Made by a program: the position numbers and the translations under genes. Positions 25,793 to 32,000 of a DNA stretch of 32,000 nucleotides are shown here, in pieces. This stretch comes from Promethearchaeota archaeon (GTDB taxonomy: Archaea; Asgardarchaeota; Odinarchaeia; Odinarchaeales; JBHLKK01): the NCBI GenBank assembly GCA_048939465.1, contig JBHLPL010000004.1, positions 750-32,749 on the forward strand. The letters run 5' to 3'. How positions within the stretch are numbered: the stretch's first letter is position 1; every line of letters starts with the position of its first letter. The notes beneath the pieces were generated by a model, which saw only the letters and a program-made list of their open reading frames with translations, was not told the DNA's origin and did no database searches.

Positions 25793-26659
25793 CTAGATAA
25801 GTCCTTGTTCTAACAACATGGCAAATTCATCAAATGTCAACTTTTCTCCCATTTTTAGCTTCTCGTATGCTCTCCTAGTTTTCTCTTTGAGCAACTCTTC
25901 CTGATGCCTACGCTTTTCTTTCCTTTTGAAGCTCTTTTGCTCATGTATCTTCTGAACCAATTCCCTCATCCGCTTGCGTAATTCCAGATATTTCTGATGA
26001 TAATCATTAGCAATGTTCTTTGTTTCTAAGAACTCTTGGTGCACCGTATCTGCCCTTTCCTTAACACGCTTGGCATTTTCATACAGTTCTATCATCTTTG
26101 TATGATGCTCTTGTGCAATTCTCGCGGATTCTACGATTTCTTTTTTGACAAGAGAAATCGTAGATTTCAGAATTTCAATATTCGTAGACGCTTCGATTAT
26201 TCTCGAATCAACATCATTGTGCTTCTTTTGCTCTCCAAGAGCCATCTCAAGCTCGGAGATTTTGCTAACCAGTTCCCTTTCCTTCTCTGTATCAAGCACT
26301 GTGGTTTGGATTCTCCATTCCATGTCTTTAATCTGCTGCTGCAGCACGTAAGGAGGCATATTGGGGGCCGTTATCCCTTGTTTCTTTTCCTTGAATTGCC
26401 TAATCCGTTCCACCAATTCGAGTATTTGCTTCCTGAATTTTGCTTTCTTTTCTTTGTTCTCGGCCACTTCTTTGTTCGCTTCGTCTCTAAGCTTCTTCTC
26501 CAACCCTGCCTGACGGATAAGCTCGCTATGCTGCTCGTTAAGATCATTTCGTTCTTCGAGACGCTCCTTAGTTTTTGCGTTGCTTTCATCTCTGAGTCGT
26601 TTCAGCCGTAGAGCTTTCTTCTTAAGCTCTTCAAGTTCACGATCTAGCTCCTCAATCAA
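25793..26659 (-). CDS. Archaeal coiled-coil protein (COG1340-like)
   Basis: All-heptad 288-aa protein with LEWRIQT-like and GEKLTFDEF C-terminal motifs. Confidence 0.8.
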   Translation of the reverse strand: MIEELDRELEELKKKALRLKRLRDESNAKTKERLEERNDLNEQHSELIRQAGLEKKLRDEANKEVAENKEKKAKFRKQILELVERIRQFKEKKQGITAPNMPPYVLQQQIKDMEWRIQTTVLDTEKERELVSKISELEMALGEQKKHNDVDSRIIEASTNIEILKSTISLVKKEIVESARIAQEHHTKMIELYENAKRVKERADTVHQEFLETKNIANDYHQKYLELRKRMRELVQKIHEQKSFKRKEKRRHQEELLKEKTRRAYEKLKMGEKLTFDEFAMLLEQGLI

Positions 26660-26758
26660 TTCCGCAGCTCCAGATCGGTTTAGATGCTGTAGCTAGAACA
26701 CAAGGAGCTATTTTATAAACTTTTTTGAACAAATAGTTAGAATAGTTGATTACGGACT

Positions 26759-27982
26759 GTGGGAGGCGATTCTCTGAAACCACCGAGAGAGCTTTATCCA
26801 ATCCTGGCCTCAATGGAGTTTACTCCCAAGGCGAAGGCTCTCTTGAATCGATTTGCAACTATTCAGATCGCAGAGATGGAGAAAACAAAAGGATTGTCTG
26901 TTAAAGGCAAGTGGTATTGCTCTCTATTATCTCTATTCTCGAGAGTGATTGCCGAAAGACGGAGTCATAAGACCGTTGAGGAACTTGATGTTGAGGCTGC
27001 AGTGGTCCTCCACCACTATCTTATCACGCGTCCACAAATTGCAAGAATGGTGGAAGATGACAGACTGGGATTCTTCAAGCAACAAGTAAAGACTGCAACA
27101 GAGTTCTATGAATCCTTAATCGGAATTGATGTGGGACCTCAGGAGCTGGATCGATTAGCCGAAATTAGAAGTAATACATTCAGGTTCGTTAGTGAAATCG
27201 AAGAGATACCTCCAGATACGGTTTCAGAGATAGTCTCTAATATTGAAGATGTAGTAATGATGTTCATGTATTTACTCGTGAGCAATGAGGAGAAGTCGAA
27301 GATCGATATAGAAGACATAAACCGGGCGTACAGGCTATTTAGGATGATTACATTCAGAACGCCGTTATTGGATTTTGATACATTACATGATCTTTACCGC
27401 CTCTTACAGACTAATATCTATTCAAAAATGGATCGTCTAGAGATTAGTAGTACAAGTGAAGAATATCTCCAAGAGATTGTGAAAAAGGAAATGGACATTA
27501 AAGAAGATAAGGATCTCCAAAAAGAAAGTAGTAACTGGGAAGATATCCTTAAGGGGTGTATTCTGAGCATAGCTCAGATTTACAGTGTCAAGAAAAATGG
27601 TCTGAAAATAGGTAAAAGGGACCTAGACAACGCAGTTAGTATTTATCATAGAATATTGAATAAACTGATAGAAGACTTCGATGCCAAGGAAAAGGAATCG
27701 CTTTATGGCTTCATAAGAAATTTAAGCTTCAGTCTGGAATCAGAAAACGCATTAGCAGGATATAGAAGATGGTTATTAAGCGCGATCTCAGCTACAGCGG
27801 GTAGCGGTGCCATATTTAGGTATTCCAGCTTCGTTTTTAAACAGTCCCGCATGGTCGCCCTGTTTTCAGCCATAATGGCCTATAAGAATCAGCATGAAGT
27901 GGTGACCGTTGATGATATCAAGAAAGGGACACAAGTATACACGCACGTGCTATTGGATTTTGATTTTGATGCTCTAACCTAA
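26759..27982 (+). CDS. Hypothetical all-helical protein with four tandem AAA+ lid-like repeats
   Basis: 407-aa ORF; each roughly 100-aa unit ends in a V/I-x-x-x-D-V/I/L-x-x-A/G-type motif. Confidence 0.75.
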   Translation: MGGDSLKPPRELYPILASMEFTPKAKALLNRFATIQIAEMEKTKGLSVKGKWYCSLLSLFSRVIAERRSHKTVEELDVEAAVVLHHYLITRPQIARMVEDDRLGFFKQQVKTATEFYESLIGIDVGPQELDRLAEIRSNTFRFVSEIEEIPPDTVSEIVSNIEDVVMMFMYLLVSNEEKSKIDIEDINRAYRLFRMITFRTPLLDFDTLHDLYRLLQTNIYSKMDRLEISSTSEEYLQEIVKKEMDIKEDKDLQKESSNWEDILKGCILSIAQIYSVKKNGLKIGKRDLDNAVSIYHRILNKLIEDFDAKEKESLYGFIRNLSFSLESENALAGYRRWLLSAISATAGSGAIFRYSSFVFKQSRMVALFSAIMAYKNQHEVVTVDDIKKGTQVYTHVLLDFDFDALT

Positions 27983-28215
27983 TCTTCTTGCGATCCTGGC
28001 TTGTTTATGAGAACTATGTCTCCTACTGCAGCAATCCAGGTGTATGGCATTTTAAGAAGATTGTGGTCTCTGACTGTTTGCTTGAGTTTTATAGTTACGT
28101 GGGGCAGTGTGCCTGACTCAAAATCAACAGAAATGTCAATGATTTTCCCAACCAACTTCCCAATCAAGGAGTAGACCAGTTTTCCTTTGAGGTTAGATAT
28201 CTTTATACTGATGAT
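27979..28215 (-). CDS. Small PRC-barrel protein; non-canonical start inferred
   Basis: Frame reads IISIKISNLKGKLVYSLIGKLVGKIIDISVDFESG...MPYTWIAAVGDIVLI, the archaeal PRC-barrel pattern. In-frame TAA at 28218-28216; no ATG/GTG/TTG before TTG-28167. Confidence 0.8.
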   Translation of the reverse strand: MISIKISNLKGKLVYSLIGKLVGKIIDISVDFESGTLPHVTIKLKQTVRDHNLLKMPYTWIAAVGDIVLINKPGSQED

Positions 28216-28225
28216 TTATTCCCCC

Positions 28226-28933
28226 CTATTTTGATTTGAGTATGATTCTTGAATCTATAGCTATGGCGCCTTTTTCATAGACTATCGTTGGATTTAGATC
28301 TATCTGGGCAATCTCTTCGTTAGCGCCAACTAAATCGGAGACTCCTAGCAGTATATTTACGACCGCGTTAAAGTCAGCAGGTGGTATTCCTCTGTAGCCA
28401 CGGAGAATAGGATAAGCTCTGATTTCCTTTGTCATGTCTTGAGCTTCTCGTTTAGTTATTGGAAGTAGCCTAAAGCTAACATCTTTGAGCAGTTCCACAA
28501 AAACGCCGCCAAGGCCAAACATTATCGTGGGACCAAATTGGGGGTCAAGTGTCATACCTATGATTACCTCAGCGAGCCCTTTAGGACTGAAATGATATAC
28601 CATAATGCCAATGATTTTTGCATCGGGGACCTTTGATTTCACGCTGCCCATAATAGCCTTGAAGGCATCCTTGACTTCCTGAGCATTTTTGAGATTTAAT
28701 TTGACACCGCCAACATCTGTCTTATGTATTATGCCGGGAGAGACCACCTTTAATACGACTGGATATTTCACTTTTTCAGCGATGCCTACAGCTTCGTCAG
28801 CAGTTTGTGCTATGTCAAATGTCGTCGTAGGTATCCCGAACTCACGAATGAGTTCCTTAGATTCGTGCTCCATGAGAAAGACTCTTTCCTCAGATATTGC
28901 CGTTTTAATAATCTTTCTTGCCTGCAAATTCAT
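28226..28933 (-). CDS. Acetate/acyl-CoA ligase (ADP-forming) beta subunit, ATP-grasp
   Basis: LMEHESKELIREFGIP, YPVVLKVVSPGIIHKTDVGGV, EVIIG...DPQFGPTIMFGLGGVFVE and IDLNP motifs. ATG-28933 chosen as start. Confidence 0.92.
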   Translation of the reverse strand: MNLQARKIIKTAISEERVFLMEHESKELIREFGIPTTTFDIAQTADEAVGIAEKVKYPVVLKVVSPGIIHKTDVGGVKLNLKNAQEVKDAFKAIMGSVKSKVPDAKIIGIMVYHFSPKGLAEVIIGMTLDPQFGPTIMFGLGGVFVELLKDVSFRLLPITKREAQDMTKEIRAYPILRGYRGIPPADFNAVVNILLGVSDLVGANEEIAQIDLNPTIVYEKGAIAIDSRIILKSK

Positions 28934-28980
28934 AATTCTGCCCACCGTCATTATATGTAAATGAAGTATTTGAAGATTTT

Positions 28981-29742
28981 TTACACGCCAATATCCTCTC
29001 CTCCCCAAAAGATTCTTGAGAGCTCCGCGTACAGATTCTCCAGTCCTGTATTTCTTGATGCCGAGACGGGGAGAAGAATGTTGAATGCTTCTAGTTGGCC
29101 TAGTGCACGACATATTTCTATGCTAATTTCCTTCCGTAACCCCGCTGTCTCCTCCCTCACTGCCCCTAATAGCTCATACGGATCTTCAGACCAGTTCAGC
29201 AGTCTCTCGATTTCAGCATCCGATAGCAGATCGGATTTGGAGAGGATATTTAGCTGGGGAATTGAAAAGCGATATTGCGTTGATGCACCAAGAAGTAATA
29301 AAGAAACGAAATCAGAGGGGCGTTTTGCCAAAATAGGATCTACGAGAAAAAGGAGAGTCCTTTGTGATCCTCCAAGCGTAGTTACTATGAAGGGACCAGA
29401 ACTCCTGAAAGTGAAAAGCTCCATTTGCCCAGGAGTGTCGACAAGAATGAATTCGGGCCGCAGTTCTTCAATCTCGTCTTTGATCTCCCCAATTTTCTCG
29501 GCTATCATGTCGGCAGAGAAAATTAGGGCTCCATTTGGACCCAGACCGTATTCTCGCATGATCCTATCAATATCTATGAAATCCCTTACATCAACATCGG
29601 GTGAATAGGGCAATTGAATAACGCTTGGATCTAGATTCACAGTCGCCAGATCTACATTATTTGCCCTTAGCCATTCTGAAAATGAAGATGTTAGACTCGA
29701 CTTGCCAGACCCTGCAGTCCCCAAAACATAAACCGAAACCAT
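28981..29742 (-). CDS. GPN-loop GTPase
   Basis: GTAGSGKS, VNLDP, YGLGPNGAL (GPN loop), DTPGQMELF and LSKSDLL motifs. Confidence 0.96.
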   Translation of the reverse strand: MVSVYVLGTAGSGKSSLTSSFSEWLRANNVDLATVNLDPSVIQLPYSPDVDVRDFIDIDRIMREYGLGPNGALIFSADMIAEKIGEIKDEIEELRPEFILVDTPGQMELFTFRSSGPFIVTTLGGSQRTLLFLVDPILAKRPSDFVSLLLLGASTQYRFSIPQLNILSKSDLLSDAEIERLLNWSEDPYELLGAVREETAGLRKEISIEICRALGQLEAFNILLPVSASRNTGLENLYAELSRIFWGGEDIGV

Positions 29743-29781
29743 GTTCCCTAAACCTCCTAAAGCAAATGGATAACAACATTT

Positions 29782-29997
29782 ATGAGAATTCCTTTCTTAA
29801 GAGTATTTAGCAATACATCCGGGGCAAGAAAGGTGCGGAAGGAGAATTTGTGCAGTGTAGTTAACTGTCAAAAGACCCTAAAAAAAGGAGAATTTGTTGA
29901 AATAGGAGGAAAAACATACTGCTTAGAATGCGCAGTTCTGATTTCAAAATCCGAAGTTGGGAGATTAATGAGGGGGGTATCTTTTGAAAGAGACTAG
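29782..29997 (+). CDS. Small treble-clef/LIM-like zinc-finger protein
   Basis: CSVVNCQKTLKKGEFVEIGGKTYCLEC; overlaps the next gene's start as in an operon. Confidence 0.65.
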   Translation: MRIPFLRVFSNTSGARKVRKENLCSVVNCQKTLKKGEFVEIGGKTYCLECAVLISKSEVGRLMRGVSFERD

Positions 29998-30793
29998 GTT
30001 TGAACTAATTTTCCCCGCAAACGAGGTTCTTATCGGGAAAACACTCAACACAAATGGCCGTTGGATGGCAAAGAGAATAACATCTTTGGGTGGAAAAGTT
30101 GTAAGATTCACCGTGGTACAGGATGACGTTGGTGTGATCTCCGCTACGATGAGGAGGGCGGCAAAGAGATCTAATGTGATTATAGTATCTGGGGGTTTAG
30201 GCCCAACATATGATGATAAAACTCTTCAAGGATTGGGGGAAGCTATCAACAAAGCCTTAAGACTCGATACAAAAGCACTTGGAATGATTAAAGAGAAATA
30301 TAGAAAAATACAGGAGAAAGGTGTTATCAAAAATGCAACAATAACCGATCATCGGAAGAAAATGGCAATGTTACCTGAAGGCAGCATCCCTCTGCCAAAT
30401 CCTCTTGGATCGGCTCCTGGTGTATACGCTGAGTATGAGGGGGCTCGGATTATTTGTCTCCCAGGAGTTCCTTCAGAGCTTAAAGCAATCTTTGAGGAAA
30501 GTGTCGTTCCCATAATTAGAAAAATGGTAAAGGGAGCAATATTCGCTGAGGAGAGTTTTGTTTTGGAAGAGATAGTTGAGTCTGAGCTTGCGCCTCTAAT
30601 CGAGCAAGCCATGAGTAGGGATTCCTATGTCTACATTAAATCTCACCCACTAGGATACGAGGGCATTTCAAAAGTGATAATTCACATTACCGCAACTGGA
30701 GATGAGGATGTAAAAATGAGAGTCAGGAGAGCTTCTGATTTCTTGAAAAGAGAGCTTATAAGAAGAGGAGGAAAGATCAAGGAAGAATCATAG
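29984..30793 (+). CDS. CinA/MoeA-like molybdopterin-binding-domain protein (COG1058), without a PncC domain
   Basis: NEVLIGKTLNTN, VVQDD, VSGGLGPTYDDKT, NPLGSAPG and LPGVPSEL motifs. Confidence 0.9.
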   Translation: MKETRFELIFPANEVLIGKTLNTNGRWMAKRITSLGGKVVRFTVVQDDVGVISATMRRAAKRSNVIIVSGGLGPTYDDKTLQGLGEAINKALRLDTKALGMIKEKYRKIQEKGVIKNATITDHRKKMAMLPEGSIPLPNPLGSAPGVYAEYEGARIICLPGVPSELKAIFEESVVPIIRKMVKGAIFAEESFVLEEIVESELAPLIEQAMSRDSYVYIKSHPLGYEGISKVIIHITATGDEDVKMRVRRASDFLKRELIRRGGKIKEES

Positions 30794-31537
30794 ACTCGGT
30801 GGCAAGAATTCTCTGAGTCGCTTTATTAGACCCTCTCTCGTATCAATTGCGGACACTGCGAGTGGAATTCTCTCAGATTCAGCTATCCTTATGGCGAGGG
30901 GATCCGTGCGGTCCACTCCGTGCAACACGACTGCAGCTGGTTTGATTCCGGGAGCTCCCAGCCCCATCTGACTTGTCTTTATGGCTACCATCGGAGAACG
31001 TCCCTTATGAACGTTTGTAAAGATTGCAACTCTCTTTGGCGTTGTACCATAGAGTTGAAGCATTTGCTGAGGAGTTAGATTCAGAATTGCATTAATAGAA
31101 TCAATTGCAGTGTAGCCAAAAATGTTCTGATCTAGAAGAGCGGGGCATGCAAGCACATCGCACTCTAAGTGCTCGCAGAACGTCGAAAGCTTCACTGGAA
31201 CCGGGAACTCCCTTATGGCAAGCAGGCAATCGGAGGGAATTTCTAGGCCAAGTATGCGCTTGAAAGCGTTTATTGTCCCGCCCCCTTTTTTGTAATCGAG
31301 AAGAATGATGGCTTCAACGAATTTCCTAATCGTTTCCATGCGAGGAGAATTGCGCCTACCACTTTCATTGTCGCTTATCACTGACGGGGAAACATTCAGA
31401 AAACTAGCGAGATCCTTTTGGGTGATTTTGAGTTTGTTTCGCCACTTCTTCATGACAGCACCAGGATTGTCAGCCAGTGTAATCTCGCCAGCTATTCCTT
31501 CTGCCAGAAGCCCGATAGCATTGTCTTTAGGAAGCAT
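30788..31537 (-). CDS. Archaeal XRE-HTH transcriptional regulator (COG1709-like)
   Basis: IAGEITLADNPGAVMKKWR, TQKDLA...SPSVISD-ESGRR, GYTAIDS, YGTTPKRVAIFT and GRSPMVAIK motifs. Confidence 0.88.
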   Translation of the reverse strand: MLPKDNAIGLLAEGIAGEITLADNPGAVMKKWRNKLKITQKDLASFLNVSPSVISDNESGRRNSPRMETIRKFVEAIILLDYKKGGGTINAFKRILGLEIPSDCLLAIREFPVPVKLSTFCEHLECDVLACPALLDQNIFGYTAIDSINAILNLTPQQMLQLYGTTPKRVAIFTNVHKGRSPMVAIKTSQMGLGAPGIKPAAVVLHGVDRTDPLAIRIAESERIPLAVSAIDTREGLIKRLREFLPPSL

Positions 31538-31694
31538 GGAACATCAGTCTTACGATGATGCTTTGCATATTTAAAGATATTACAGAGGGTCTCGCTGGCT
31601 ACTTCCTTTCTAGGAACCCAGAATTCCAAAACCTCCGATAGATTAATAACTTCACAACAGAAAAAGGACTAGAATCGAGAAGGATGGATGATCT

Positions 31695-32000
31695 ATGGCA
31701 AACGGGTTTGAAGCCACACTTGAGAAATATGCTGAAAGGGTCAATAACGCATTGAATGGACTTATCAAAAGGGAAGTTGACGTAGCCAGTAGGTTAACTC
31801 CAATTCATGGAGAATATTATGGAGACATAGGAGAGTATTTAGAGAGGGGTGGTAAGAGGCTTCGACCTGCTGCCCTTATCGTTGGGTACGAGGGTGTCGG
31901 AGCCAAGGGAAGTGGAGACATTGATCTGGCCTCGCTTTCAATAGAGTTGCTCCACAATGCAACGCTGCTGCATGATGATCTCATTGATCATGATGAAATT
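31695..32000 (+). CDS. Polyprenyl (geranylgeranyl) diphosphate synthase, 5' part, runs off the window
   Basis: Manual translation gives GGKRLRP and IELLHNATLLHDDLIDHDE (first aspartate-rich motif). Confidence 0.93.
   Translation, partial: MANGFEATLEKYAERVNNALNGLIKREVDVASRLTPIHGEYYGDIGEYLERGGKRLRPAALIVGYEGVGAKGSGDIDLASLSIELLHNATLLHDDLIDHDEI

Noticed and set aside
571-31574. The many overlapping or antisense ORFs in the track (for example 4427-4939, 13023-13445, 20861-21394, 23911-24420, 26036-26611, 28961-29608)
   Set aside because: They are shadows of well-supported genes on the opposite strand or in another frame, with no motifs of their own.

Overview
Archaeal chromosomal window, very probably from an Asgard (Promethearchaeati) lineage. 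This is inferred from the archaeal core genes (tfb, gar1, srp19, rps8e, GPN GTPase, smc-scpA-scpB, an intron-containing tRNA) together with four clustered roadblock/LC7 genes, two of which look eukaryote-like. Positions 1-3.9 kb form an accessory block of uncharacterised genes. Positions 4.0-7.9 kb form a self-contained cysteine module: cysE-cysK-HTH regulator facing cysS, which lies directly behind tRNA-Cys. Both promoters of this module carry the same TATAACAnnGTTAw palindrome, and the 30-nt tRNA-Cys intron looks like a miniature box C'/D' guide for C39 of its own tRNA. Two intergenic regions 11 kb apart (about 7.9-8.1 kb and 19.07-19.35 kb) share a 28/32-nt motif and fold best on the minus strand, suggesting an unnamed ncRNA or non-autonomous mobile element family. 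The rest is housekeeping genes plus several oddities: a protein of four tandem AAA+ lid-like repeats, genes whose conserved N-termini lack ATG/GTG/TTG starts, and a tandemly duplicated promoter. No CRISPR array, transposase or integrase was seen. All family assignments come from motif recognition by eye; no database searches were run.
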